Source: Octopus sinensis
Lineage: Eukaryota
Length of the DNA stretch: 64,000 nucleotides
Assembly (NCBI RefSeq): GCF_006345805.1
Contig: NW_021830459.1
Location: 1,183 to 65,182 of the forward strand
Direction of reading: 5' to 3'
In this document: positions 12,445-26,287 of the stretch, piece after piece
Layout: every line of letters begins with the position of its first letter
Numbering within the stretch: position 1 is the first letter of the stretch
Notes under the pieces: generated by a model
Databases searched by the model: none
Told to the model about the DNA's origin: nothing
The model's input: the letters and a program-made list of their open reading frames with translations, nothing else
Made by a program: the position numbers and the translations under genes

Positions 12445-12806
12445 ATCATTGAAAAAGTCGAGCCAACAGAGGGACTACGGCTGGACTTCGTGTGTGTGTG
12501 TATGTATGTACGCAATATACTCGCACGCAGTCCAATCGTACTCCTTGTGAAATCTGATGTTTTCAATTCTCTATTCACACACAATAGATACCCAAAACGC
12601 AAACCTGGAAGTACTTGTAATGCTACTACTGGATATAAGAAGGTAAAGCTGAAGGTGACGATATTTTACTATTTATGAGAACAAGCACACACACTTATAT
12701 GCGTATACATACATACATACATACATACATACATACATACATACATACATACATCATACATACATACATGCATACATACATACATATATATATATATATA
12801 ATATAT

Positions 12807-12844
<38 letters not shown>

Positions 12845-13429
12845 AAATTTAGAGGATTGACACTGAAAGTGGACAGCCTGTATACTAGAAATAGACGTCA
12901 AAATCGCCATTTTCCACGGAGAATGTGTTCTCAAGAAAAAATTCAGCAAAAACCCAAAACGTAAAAATAAGCAAGACAAATGAAAATATACGAAATAAAA
13001 AACGATTACCTATGAACTAATTAGTTTCACTTGTTAATAATTTACGTATATGAATACATAAACATCTGCAAGATCATCAGCATAGTCTGTCGTTTATGAA
13101 ATACAATTTCTAGAACTAGATACGAAATCCGGCATTGCATAGAATTCCACAAATTTGATTTATGTGTATCTTTCAAATGCCTTCACTTAGGCGCGCTGAG
13201 ATCGGAAATTAATAAATTAGTTAATAAATTACAATAGTCAATTTACCGGTTAGAGAACATTTTTTTAATTTAAAATTAAACAAGTGTAGAAATTGATATT
13301 AATCAATTAAAACCAATGGTCTAGTATATTTAAAAAAATATTCGTATGATGGTGGTAAAAACATATATACACACATATGCCTATATATGTATACATATTC
13401 ACACTTATATAACACGTAAATACACATAT

Positions 13430-13495
<66 letters not shown>

Positions 13496-13539
13496 CACCC
13501 GTGTACACATACTTACTTTGATACTTTGATAGGTTTCGG

Positions 13540-13843
13540 CCATTATTGGCCCAGGCCATGTCTAACTTAATAGCACCACCTGGTGAAGTCTTTCAAGTCA
13601 GAATTTGGGCACTATGGCCCACTCAAGTAGAGAGTTATTGTTTACAGAGACATATCCGGGTGTAGGGGGTTTATCCGGGATTTCTTGAAGGAATCTGTCC
13701 AAAGACTTCTTGAACCCTATAGGGTCAGTTTCTGTTTTAATGTGTTTTGGTGTAATGTTAAAGAGAGTGGGGCCAATTGAGGTGAAATAATTGTGCCGTA
13801 TTGTTGTTATGAGATGAGAGTGCGATTTTTGTTTGAAAAACAC
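13540..13843 (-). mobile_element. CR1-group LINE 3' end (ORF2 C-terminus plus 3' UTR)
   Basis: HNYFTSIGPTLFNITPKHIK..GFKKSLDRFLQEIPDKP is a typical CR1/L2-group ORF2 terminus; same subfamily as 60385-61760. Confidence 0.8.
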
Positions 13844-15029
13844 ATACCTTGTTTTTCAATATGATTATTTTAGGTGACTGGAAGGGAAATGTGGTTATTC
13901 TACATTTTGGATGGATACAATTCATATGAAATATTTGCTGGTCTAGGCAAAGGTATAAGAACAAAATCACGGTTTTTATTCATAAGCATAATCACATCTG
14001 CCACCAATGTAACCTCGTATTAAATGTTTCTTAAGTTTTTATTAACATTGTTTTCTTTTATATTTTCCGTTTTATTTTGCTTTCGTTTACAACTTGGCTT
14101 TTTGTTTGTACTTTTAAACCAGAGTTTTTTTCAGTATAAAGCCAAGACAAAATAAAAGATGGATTCTCCTTTGGCATATGTGCCTGAATAATAGATTTTC
14201 CTCTGACATGTGTGTCTGTATGTGTTTGTATGTTCATGTGTGTGAGTAGATGTACGTTCGTGTTAGTGTGTGTACGCGTGTCTTTGTATGTGTTTGTGTG
14301 TGCGAGTATGTTGTTTCTGCGAGGTTTTTTTTGCTGTTTTTTTTATTGTCTTGCTTTATCAATCCTAGCGTAATGGCAGATTCCATGAAATGTCACGAAC
14401 ACTTTTCAGATTTCAGGTTTGTGCAATGATACGACAATAACTAACTGATATTATTGATAGGAGCCGTTGGTAACTAATTTCTATGAAAAACACTATTAAC
14501 AGTTAACACTTCTTTAAAATTTCAAAGTTGAATCACTAATGTAAATAAAACTAAATTTTTTTATCGAAATAAATAGAGATAAACTCACAGAAATAAAAAA
14601 AAAACACGAGGTTAAAAGCAAGAGGTAAACTATGTTATTTATTTTTTACAATATAGAATACATAATGTACCTATAATAAATGAGAGAATATGGTATAATA
14701 ATATTCCAGTTAAAATATCGGGGAAATGTTAAATACTGTTGATATAGAAATAAGATATTTATTAAACGAAAGCGTGGCAGACTTCTGAGAAGAAAAAATT
14801 ATGACGGAAGTGATTTTGTGATAAATAAAACACATTCACACACACACACACACATACACACACACACACTCACACACACACACACATACACACACACACA
14901 CACACTCACACACACACACGCACAAACACACACACACACGCACGAACGCACAGAGGTTCGCACGGAATATATAATTATATATAGATATCAATATGTATAT
15001 ACTATATAAATATGTATATAAATATTATA

Positions 15030-15071
<42 letters not shown>

Positions 15072-15079
15072 AATTATTA

Positions 15080-15455
15080 TTATTATTAATAGTAGGGAAT
15101 ATAAAATTCCAAACTTACAAGGAAAAATTCAATTTAGCAATACTAAATCAAATTTCACAATATATGATACATGTATAGATAAAACCTGTATTAAGAGATA
15201 AAACCTGTATTAAGTAATTCAATTTATAGTGAAATATATTAACTATTATAAATCAAATAGAAAGAATTTAAATATATTATAATAAATATTATTCGAAAAA
15301 TCACTAAAATAAACATACATTAAATTGACTACGCGCGTTTCGTGATTATATATTTTAAAATCGATAATATTAAAATTGGTAATATTGAAAGTTAATATTA
15401 ATTCGATTTAAAATTAATTCGATTTCCGTATGTAGCAACTCTTCAGGTCAAAAGT
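15080..15455 (-). mobile_element. AT-rich Penelope-like terminal-repeat remnant
   Basis: Shares tagggaata..tccaaacttaca.ggaaaaat with 33932-33965; contains a hammerhead motif; adjacent to (TA)n. Confidence 0.5.
15325..15451 (-). ncRNA. Type I hammerhead-like motif with ~100-nt stem II region
   Basis: ttgac-CTGAAGA-g...c-GAA-ACGCGCGT(palindrome)-A-gtcaa; perfect 5-bp stem I. Confidence 0.6.
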
Positions 15456-16971
15456 ATAAAATAAATGTATCTTAATAATAAATAATCTAATAAAATTTAA
15501 CAATAATAATGAAAAGTAAAATGATAGCTTATGTTATTGATGAATACCAGTTATCTTAAATTTTAATGGTTAATCTAAGAAACTACCGTTAACTTTAAAA
15601 TAAAATAAATGAAGATATAAAAATTAAACAATAAATATAGAAATATATGTATCGTAACAATAAATAATCGAATAAAATATAACAATATTAATGAAAATTA
15701 AAATCATAACTTATCTTATTTATGAATACCGGTTAACTGAAGAGTAGTTATATATTTTAAAATCGAATTACTATTAACTTTTGATATTATCGATTTAGGA
15801 ATTTTTCAACAAACGGGATAAATTTGAAGGAGTTTAACTAGTATCGAGCGACAACTAGGACGTACAACTTTATTAGTGTTGGTGAGAATATAGCATTGAT
15901 GGATGTCAATCAGTTTTATTGATGACATAATCAAAGATTTGGTGGTGTCAGTGACGGTTGAGAATGGTGATGATGGGGTGTGAAGGTGATAGTAGAGGTG
16001 CTGGTAAAAATAGTGATATTGAAGAGGTAGAGGCAGTTCTAGTGAAGCAACAAAACCATGAACAGGAACCCCTCTTCGGAAAGGAATAAGTGACAAGGCA
16101 AAGTCTTCCTACCAAGCTTATTCAAGTCACGGTGCTCATGATTATATTCTCTGCAAGACTCTTCATTCAAATTTCAAGTCGATTCGAATTTCACCGATTG
16201 TCAATTCCAACGATTGTCAATTCCAACGGCAACTTCATTCGGATGAATGTGAAACAGCGATGATAGGAAAGACACTGGAGATGCTTTCGATGGGGGTCGG
16301 TGTTGTTTAGAACTTGGTCAACTACGATTTAGCAAACCTTTTCCAGCCTTGACCGTTCAGTCTTTCTGCCAAGGCATAATGCGTCTTATTTCAAGACGGT
16401 ACGCATTGCTTTGAGGAGGATATGAGTCCTATAACTGTGACGGTTAAGAGACTCCATAGGGACTCGTACTGGTGGTGATGACGACGTTAAATGAGGAAGA
16501 ATGAGGACGGTGATGAAAGTGCTCTGACAGATTGACAGAAATAGGTTAATTGTTGGACAGATAGGTGACGCTGTTAACAATATGGAAGTGAAGGTAGAAT
16601 ATCTGGTGGTGGTGGTGGTGGTGGTGGTGGTGGTGGGGTGATATGTTAGATGTGATGGTTGTCGTAATGCTGCTGCTTCTGGTGGTGGTGGTGGTGGTGA
16701 GGATGGTAGTAGTAGCTATACCGAAGTGATGTGCTGTTGATGATGGTGGTAGCAGCATTTTGATAGTTGCCGTCGTCGAAATGTTAGTGGTAGCAGTGGT
16801 AGTAATGATGGTGCTTGTAGTTGTGTTGGTGATGGCGGTGATGGTGGTGATAGTGGTGGTGGTGGTATCACGATTATGGTGATGGCGGAGATAGCATCGT
16901 CATAATAATGGTGACGGTGTGTCGTGTTCTTGTAGTAGTAGTAGTAGCAGCAGCAGTAGCAGTAGTATTAG

Positions 16972-17129
<158 letters not shown>

Positions 17130-17365
17130 TGTAGTAGTAGTGATAAATATATAATGGTTACTATGGTGATGATAGCCATTGTGGTTACGTTGTTGAACCA
17201 GTGCTGTTATTTGAAATATAATAATTCCTGGGGCCAAAGTTTGAAAATGTTAATCGTCTGCTGTTATTTGATTGGAATTTTCTTCTGACTTAATTACAAT
17301 TACAGTGATAATGTTCGACTCCCTTCTGGTAGTAACACGCTACAAATACATTGTACACTTTATGC

Positions 17366-17740
<375 letters not shown>

Positions 17741-18547
17741 TCGCCTTACCTAATCTACCAATTTCCCGCCCTTTATCTTTGATTAATTCTATTCCTCAAA
17801 AGTTTTGGTATTTACTGGTATTTAAACGGTGGTTATTTTATTAATCTTGGAAATATGAACGGCAAAACGGCCAAAACGGGATCTAAACCCAGACTGTAAA
17901 AGGAAATATCCAAGTAACACTCCGCTTTTATCAGGCACTCTACCAACATTGCTATAGAAGTTGTTTTTATGAGATTGTTGTTTTTGAGATTGATTGCTGC
18001 TAAACAATTAGAAGCAACGTAATGCTCATCTCAATATGGATATTCTATGAGGGAAAGGAGAATTTGTGACGAATCAGAGTTGTATTGAAAGACGGTAAAT
18101 TGCCGTCTCCCTTCTCATCCGTTGTTCTACTGATTTTCCCACTCTAACGTACAAATCGATACACATCGGTTTCGGTGATGAGTATACAGTTGCTCCTCTG
18201 TCAATTGAATTCCCTGCTCAATGAATATAAGTAGTGGAGCGTTACACCAACAAGTGTAACCTTAAAATATTTCTCATGCGGAATCAAAACGACTCTACTG
18301 TAATTTGTAGGTATAATACATATAAAGGACTTTCATACAATTTCCACTTATCTACTTTCTCTCACAAGCCTTGGATTGACCAAAGACGATTGCCCTTGCA
18401 AGAAGCGTGACATTCTTGTTCGGCTAAACGTCTTCTGCGATTGTGAAACAAACTTCTCACCCATTAGACCATGCTGAAGCTATTCTAACTTACACCTTTA
18501 TAACCAGTAACTTTGATAACAAACTTTTAAATCGATTGTGTGATGGA

Positions 18548-18932
18548 TGGAAGCACTCCGTCGGTTACGACGACGAGGGTTCCGGTTGATCCGAATCAAC
18601 GGAACAGCCTGCTCGTGAAATTAACGTGTTAGTGGCCGAGCACTCCACAGACACGTGTACCCTTAACGTAGTTCTCGGGGATATTCAGCGTGACACAGAG
18701 AGTGACAAGGCCGGCCCTTTGAAATACATGTACAACAGAAGCAGGAATTAAGAGTGAGAGAGAAAGTTGTGGTGAAAGAGTACAGCAGGGATCACCACCA
18801 TCCCCTGCCGGAGCCTCGTGGAGCTTTAGGTATTTTCGCTCAATATACACTCACAACGCCCGTTCTGGGAATCGAAACCGCGATCCTATGACCGCGAGTC
18901 CGCTGCCCTAACCACTGGGCCATTGCGCCTCC
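18548..18932 (-). mobile_element. SINE family A, full length
   Basis: Imperfect TSD attgtgtgatg / attgcgtgatg. Confidence 0.92.
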
Positions 18933-20307
18933 ACATTATTGCGTGATGAATGAATAAACGAAAAGTAAAACGAATGCTGTCCGAATTTTGTCTCCCGCAT
19001 TTCTTTATGCTTATAACAAAGGCACGTAATACTTACTGGCTAGGTCAAGTTGGATCTTGAATCTGATGCTCACAAGTATGGTGTATGCAATTGGTATATC
19101 ATCCGGTTGATGATATCTGCACGAAATGTCTGCGATCACTGGTGTAGTCGATTTCTCTCCGTGATAGTACGTAGATTCACTGATTTGAGTTGCGTGAACC
19201 GACAACTGCAAATAAGTAAATTGGCTGGCTCTTGGATAAAAGAAGTTATATATAAAGTTGTTTTGTAGAAGTGTGATTTCGTTTTCTTTAAGTAGCACTT
19301 CTTCCTATAGGGAGAAGTTAATAATGAAAGGCAAGTGTCTTATCCGAGCGGAAGTGAAATGATTAATTTCTCATTTGCAAAATATAAGTGGAGATACACA
19401 TTATCCTCAGAGATCTCTGTGGTTTGGAAAATATGTTAACAAAGAAATGTAAAACACACAACACTTGTAATTTATAACATTACTTGTAGAATATCTTGTG
19501 CAAATTGCACACGCTGCAGGGATTCTTTACATTGCGTTCACGTTTCATGTTTAATGTTGAAGAAATTCCTAATTAAGTCTATTTGACTAATGCTCAATAA
19601 AGTAATTAGCAATATCTACCGCCAGCAATTCTCTTGCATTCGATTTCTTCGAGGGTATAACTTTTAAACAGGTACTCTCTGCTTCTTGATTGTATTCTTT
19701 ATACAACTCCATCACGATAGCAAAGTCTTCTATTGCACCAAATTACGTTCAGAATTCGACATGTGTGTGTGTGCGCGTGCTTAATGTGAATTGCAGTCCC
19801 AGGCTAAAAGACAGAATGTGTCAACCAATCCAGAAATCGAAACCTCAACCTTAAGATCTGGAGCCCAACATCCTAATTGCGAGAATATGCACTTTCACCG
19901 TTGACTCATTGCACAAAGCTTATCATTTCACTTTGCTAACATCTACACAATTGAATTTGAGCACCAGCTAAGAGCTGGCGCAACCTTCTCTCTCTCCAAC
20001 ACACTGGATGCTGTACTGGTGGAAGTTTGGAATAAACGACGTGTGTGTCTGACTCTGCTAGTAACTATAATAGGGGCACTTAAATAGTGTAATCACTAGT
20101 TTATAATGGACACAGGTTCGTGTGTCATATAGCTAGCTAGAGGCGATGGCCTCTTGGAGCTAATCAACGGCAGCTTTCGTCCTATATTTATGGACTGCCA
20201 TATTAGCTTGGCGATAACTATTAATATCCAGTACCACTGCCGTAGTCTCCTTTAGATAGGCTTAGAAATAACAATATTTCCATTTTTGGAAATAATTCTA
20301 CTCTGCA

Positions 20308-20478
20308 GGAAGGGCAGCTGGTAGAATCGTTAGCTCGCCGGGCAAAATGCTTAGCAGTATTTCGTCCGTCAGAGTTCAAATTCTGCCGAAGCCGACTTTA
20401 CCTTTTATCCTTTCACAGTCGAACTCACAACCTCACGATCGTAAGCTCGACGCTCTAACCACTGAGCCATGCGCCTTC
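20308..20478. mobile_element. Truncated SINE B (+) joined to an inverted tRNA-like SINE head (-)
   Basis: The junction shares gtcga at 20418-20422. Confidence 0.6.
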
Positions 20479-21392
20479 ACAACAGGCATAGTAGTAGTAA
20501 TATAGTAGTAGTAGCAGCAGCAGCAGCAGTAGTAGATGTAGTAGTAGTAGTAGTAGTAGTATAGTAGTAGTAGTAGTAGTAGTAGTAAGGATAGTTGTGA
20601 TTATTTAACTTGAAGTAAATCCTTAGCGATCAGACCCTATGGTCAACGTCATTGTACCGGTGACCGTTGGATTTCGTTACAGCTGCACAGATCCACATTA
20701 GCCATTGTGTACTTTTGCTTATGTTGCTCAACAGGAATTGAACTTTGAGGCAAATTTGGCTGCTGTATTTAGCAGCCGATCGATCACAATGGCTGGTGCA
20801 ATAGCAATGGCGGCAGTGTCTGTTGTGTTTGATGACGTCAAACGGAGTCTAATGATTCTGTTGGTATTTCTGATGTAAGTAATTGCAATAATGAAGGTGT
20901 GTTTTAATGGATGTCGTAGGCGATGGTGGTGGTGGTGGTGGTTGTGGTGGTGGAGGAAGGATAGTTTGGTTGTCGGTAATGTAAATATAATAGCCATTCT
21001 TTTGCAAATTTTCCCTTCTTTTACAGAAGCCTTTTATCTGGGAGTTATTGACAATTCTCTCCCCGTCGTTCACTTTCTTCTCATCTGCTTTTCCTGTTTC
21101 AATATTTATTTAAATATGTCTGTTTGAAGACATTTTCATTCTTGTGTATATATGCATATACACACGTACACACGCACAACACACACACACATATATATAT
21201 ATATACATATATATACATACAAACACGCACACACACACATATATATATATATACAGACACGCACACACACACACATTATATATATATATATTATATATAT
21301 ATATATTTAATGTATATGTATATGTATGTATACATGTTTACATACGTATAGATATACATACACACACATATATACATGTATATATCTATCTG

Positions 21393-21449
<57 letters not shown>

Positions 21450-21981
21450 ATATATATATATATATATATGTGTGTATATATATATGTATATATATATGTA
21501 TGTATGTGTGTTTGTGTATATATATGTGTGTGTGCGTTTTTATGTTTGTGAAGTGAAAGCTATGAACAAGTCGCTAAAGAATAATGAGAAATTCCTTACT
21601 GTAAATTAATGTAAATTATCTCGATTTTCTTCAGACGTTAAAGACGTTAAGAGTGAAGGAAGCACAAAATATAGACAGTATTCTCTATCAGTTACCCTCT
21701 TATTCAACTCTCTCTCTCTATCGCATTCTCTCTTTACCTCAGTCAGTCTGTCTGTCTGTCTGTCTTAGTCACACACACATACATAACATATTTTTATGCA
21801 TATGTACCCATTGTAGACACTCCCATATTTCCTCTATTGATATCTACACCAGATATTTTGTTTTTACTTCACGCAGTGGATTAGCAGTTGTTTCAGATTT
21901 CCTCTTTCTGACATTGCAATATCCATGCCAAAGCATTTTGTGCTTACCTTTCCGGTTCGTGAAATCGCTGTTCTGGTGTCC

Positions 21982-22368
21982 GGAGGCGCAATGGCCCAGT
22001 GGTTAGGGCAGCGGACTCGCGGTCATAGGATCGCGGTTTCGATTCCCAGACCGGGCGTTGTGAGTGTTTATTGAGCGAAAACACCTAAAAGCTCCACGAG
22101 GCTCCGGCAGGGGGATGGTGATGATCCCTGCTGTACTCTTTCACCACAACTTTCTCTCACTCTTACTTCCTGTTTCTGTTGTACCTGTATATCAAGGGGC
22201 CGGCCTTGTCACTCTCTGTGTCACGCTGAATATCCCCGAGAACTACGTTAAGGGTATACGTGTCTGTGGAGTGCTCAGCCACTTACACGTTTTAATTTCA
22301 CGAGCAGGCTGTTCCGTTGATTCGGATCAACAGTAACCCTCGTCGTCGTAACCGACGGAGTGCTTCCA
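21982..22368 (+). mobile_element. SINE family A, full length (reference copy)
   Basis: tRNA-like head with A box tggcccagtgg and B box gtttcgattcc; perfect 12-bp TSD gttctggtgtcc at 21970-21981 and 22369-22380. Confidence 0.95.
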
Positions 22369-22827
22369 GTTCTGGTGTCCTTTCAATGTCCAGTCCTAAC
22401 CGAATAAGAATCAATGATCCAATTATACACGCATGACATTCTATGGCTTCTAACGCTGCATCTTGTCACCCTGACACGATTTCCAAGGTCTTTATTTTAG
22501 TGTCTTTCTTTCATAAATCGACTCCGCATTGCGTTCCCAAGGTACTTACCGTCAATCAACTTGTAAATGTAAATCTGTTGATATATTAAAATTACACAAC
22601 TGGAAACAAGCACTCGACATGAAACGGTTTATCTGTACAGGTTTGCTCAACGATTGTTGTGATGCAGACAAATTTTTCTGCTTAAAAAAAAAAAAAAGGA
22701 TTTTATCCTTTATATATATACTGTCCAGTATATATGTGTTGAATAAAATTTATCTTTCTACTTGTTCTACAATACATTTCAACGCTTCGAATGGCGTAAT
22801 ATTTTAATTGTTTTAGGCAGTATTTCC

Positions 22828-22996
22828 TCATTATTATTCATCATCATTGTTCAACCGTGGTCGAGACAATGGAATTTACCATGCTACGCCAGACTTCACG
22901 GTCCATCATGGCATTACGGAGGTCCTGTTGCTGGATGCCTGTATTCCTGGAGATTACATCAGGGTAGGAGAGTGTGCGCCCTCTGGTATTGCATCG
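22828..22996 (-). mobile_element. RTE-clade LINE 3' end
   Basis: Minus frame RGRTLSYPDVISRNTGIQQQDLRNAMMDREVWRSMV..* followed by an (ATG)/(ATA) tail. M.DR..WR is the typical RTE ORF terminus. Confidence 0.75.
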
Positions 22997-23600
22997 ATCC
23001 ATTCATTATATATTTTGCCCCCTTCTTCTCTGTTTTTTTTTTTGTGTGGGGGAAGCTGTATTACTAAATAGTGCCAGATCCTATCTATAACTCAGATCTA
23101 CCCATAACGAAATAACCCTTCCTAAATCCTGTTTTAGTGCATTTTGATATGATAATATACTAACCGGCTGCCTTCCTCCGATGGAGTCCGGTAACGTTTA
23201 TCTATCGTTTGTTTACTTTTCCACTAATTGCTTCGTCCATTACTTTTCTCGTTCAGACAATTACTAGTTAATTTGATTATATCTCAGATATATTCATATA
23301 AAACACTATATCTATATCCGTAAGTACTTTTCATCGCCCATTCATTAGTAAGACCCCTTAGACTATTCATTCCTTAAATATTTTCATTTTTGTTCTTACT
23401 TGTCTTGTAATTTATTGAGAGTTTTAACGGATCTGAACAACGCCAGTGTTCCCAAATATTAGCTGACCAATTAAGTTGTAGGATTAACTTTGACCTCACC
23501 CTACTACCCATAGGGGTATTGAGATTAGGTTTCTGTTTATAAGTAACAAATAATAACACCGCACTAAGGTTTTTTTTTTCTTTCATTGATATATTGATGT

Positions 23601-23900
23601 TTATTGAGCGAAAACACCTAAAAGCTCCATGACGCTCCGGCAGAGTATGGTGGTGATCCCTGCTGTACTCTTTCACCACAACTTTCTCTCACTCTTACTT
23701 CCTGTTTCTCTTGTACCTGTATTTCAAAGGGCCGGCCTTGTCACTCTCTGTGTCACGCTGAATATCCCCGAGAATTACGTTAAGGGTACACGTGTCTGTG
23801 GAATGCTCAGCCACTTACACGTTAATTTCACGAGCAGGCTGTTCCGTTGATCGAATCAACCGGAACCCTCATCGTCGTAACCGACGGAGTGCTTCCATCC
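23601..23900 (+). mobile_element. SINE family A, 5'-truncated
   Basis: TSD atattgatgt at 23591-23600 and 23901-23910. Confidence 0.9.
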
Positions 23901-24226
23901 ATATTGATGTATTGAATTTCCTCAAACAGGTTCAATTTAAGCTAATTCTGTTAATTCCTTTTATAATGCTCTATTAAATAGCAGTTAGCCTCTAACTTCT
24001 GACCCTTGTCACATGGACCATACCTTTAAACTCACTACACAACGTCTTACCCTCGCTATTTCCTCCCAGTATAATTGAAACACGATTTAACCCTCACAGC
24101 CTGCTGAAATTTCTCTTTGAACTTGCCATGACTGCTCCTCTTTTCTCTGCAAGACAGAAAACTTAGTGTTTTTCAGTTAGTTCCCACAAGTACCACTACT
24201 CATTTTGTCTGCACAGAGCAACATAC

Positions 24227-24600
24227 GGAAGCACTCCGTCGGTTACGACGATGAGGGTTCCGGTTGATCCGAATCAACGGAACAGCCTGCTCGTGAAATT
24301 AACGTGTAAGTAGCTGAGCACTCCACAGACACGTGTACCCTTAACGTAGTTCTCGGGGATATTCAGCGTGACACAGAGAGTGACAAGACCGGCCTCTTGA
24401 AATACAGGTACAACAGAAACAGGAAGAAAGAGTGAGAGAAAGTTGTGGTGAAAGAGTACAGCAGGGATCACCACCATCCCCTGCCGGAGCCTCGTGGAGC
24501 TTTAGGTGTTTTCGCTCAATAAACACTCACAACGCCCGGTCTGGGAATCGAAACCGCGATCCTATGACCGCGAGTCCGCTGCCCTAACCACTGGGCCATG
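24227..24600 (-). mobile_element. SINE family A, near full length
   Basis: TSD cagagcaaca at 24214-24223 and 24601-24610. Confidence 0.92.
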
Positions 24601-24899
24601 CAGAGCAACAGATATCACTGCCACAGAGCAGGTTTATTTTGCAGCGTATTAATCCGCAAAAGATTTATTCCATTCAGCATTTTACTTGGTAAGAATCCTT
24701 TTTCTATTCTCCGGTTTATACTTAAGAAATATATTTAAACTTACGTTGATAGGATCGATAAATTTCTTAAGGCGAAAATCTGAAATGAAATAACTTCGAA
24801 CCTCAGTCATAAAGAAGGGAATGCCAGGCAATATAATGCTTCCTACGTTATGTATTATTTCATACAACACACCGTTCTGTTGAGCTTAAAGACAATGCT

Positions 24900-25434
24900 T
24901 TGCATGAAATATTAGATTATCAAATGAAATTTTAAAGCCATGAGAATTGATGCGTCACAGTTGGAATAAGTGTAAAGAATTGAAAGCTAAACTAGAAGAT
25001 TGTTCGAAAACAAGCACAGATATCAAGCTGGCTTTATATGTTACGTTTCCGTTTTGTATAAAAGTACTCAATATTATGACAGAAGGGATTGCAAAGGTTA
25101 CGAAAGCGCTTATATTTGATTCTATCTGCTGCTGCATACAAAACGTACCGTTGCGTGCGGGTGAGAAAATCGCCTTAAATTTTATATGAATGACAACTTG
25201 TAAGTTCCCAATAGAAAAAAGAGAATTCATGAGATGTTAAATTATTCAAGCTAACCTGTCGGAAGATTGCAGAACTCTGGTATGTTTGTGATGAAACTTG
25301 AGATGAAAGCGGCGATGCTGCAAATGTGTTTTACTATGAAAATACATTGCACAAAGAGATTCGTTCGGCTTTGCCACTGTAAGCTATATCAAGTGGAATT
25401 CTCCGAATTTTGCGAACGGTGTTTTCATGCATAA

Positions 25435-25479
<45 letters not shown>

Positions 25480-25620
25480 CGTGTCTGTGTGCGTGTGTGT
25501 GCGTGTGTGTGCGCGTGTGTGTGTGCGTGTGTGTGCTTGTGTGCGTGTGCGTGTGTGTGTGTGTGCGTGTGTACGTGTGTGTGTGTGTATGTGCGTGTGC
25601 GTGTGTGTGTGTGTGTTGTG

Positions 25621-25651
<31 letters not shown>

Positions 25652-26050
25652 TGTGTGTTAGCAACATGCAGAGACGGTGCTACTAACATGTCAGAAAAAC
25701 ACAATGGTTTTGCACAAGAATTAAACAATTGCATCCAAGCGATGCTTTTTATTTTTGACAAACATATTACATTATTCATTGACAGTTTTTAACATCAAAG
25801 GAAATTGGCCACGATGATTTATCTATCGCCATAAAAGCTATTATCATGCTCGAGAATGTCATTAAAACCAATGCAACCGATGTAGAGTACTTTATGAATT
25901 ATGCAATGCAACACGACCGGCTTACACAAAAAAATGTCTTATTTTGCTTGAAAGTGCGATGGTTGTCATGCAGAAAGCTTCGATGTATACTGGAGTTTCA
26001 TTGAAAAAGACAAAACGAAAAAAAGAAATAGTTCAGGTTAGTCAATTTTC
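24900..26050 (+). mobile_element. Heavily decayed hAT (Buster/Charlie-like) transposase remnant split by a (TG)n tract
   Basis: Ordered degenerate motifs: KRIHEM (~25218), DESGD (~25303), TCRDGATNMSEKHNGF (25664-25711, compare TDGA..M.GK..G), HQRKLA (~25793, compare HREALA), KVRWLS (25951-25968, compare EVRWLS). Confidence 0.6.
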
Positions 26051-26287
26051 TGAAGAGATTTGTGTCAAATTTCCTCAATAAATTCATGGACTGTGCCCAT
26101 ACTTTCATCTTGTCCTTCCAAGATTAGCATTCAAATCTAATTCTGAAAATTTAAAATTGTCCTACTTTGTGAGAAAATGATATTAATAATGGTGGAATAC
26201 TAGAATATTGAAAAAGGAATTGTTTCATTTCCATCTCTTCAAACGTTATTTCTGGTTAAGTAGTGGAATTGATGAAATCTACAATAA

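Noticed and set aside
21982-22060. tRNA gene-like sequences at SINE heads (also ~26530-26607 and 48375-48425)
   Set aside because: A and B boxes are present but there is no complete cloverleaf or acceptor stem; they are followed by SINE bodies and flanked by TSDs.
24682-25230. Minus-strand hydrophobic ORFs resembling GPCR transmembrane segments
   Set aside because: No coherent 7TM pattern; the plus strand carries ordered hAT transposase motifs that explain the region better.
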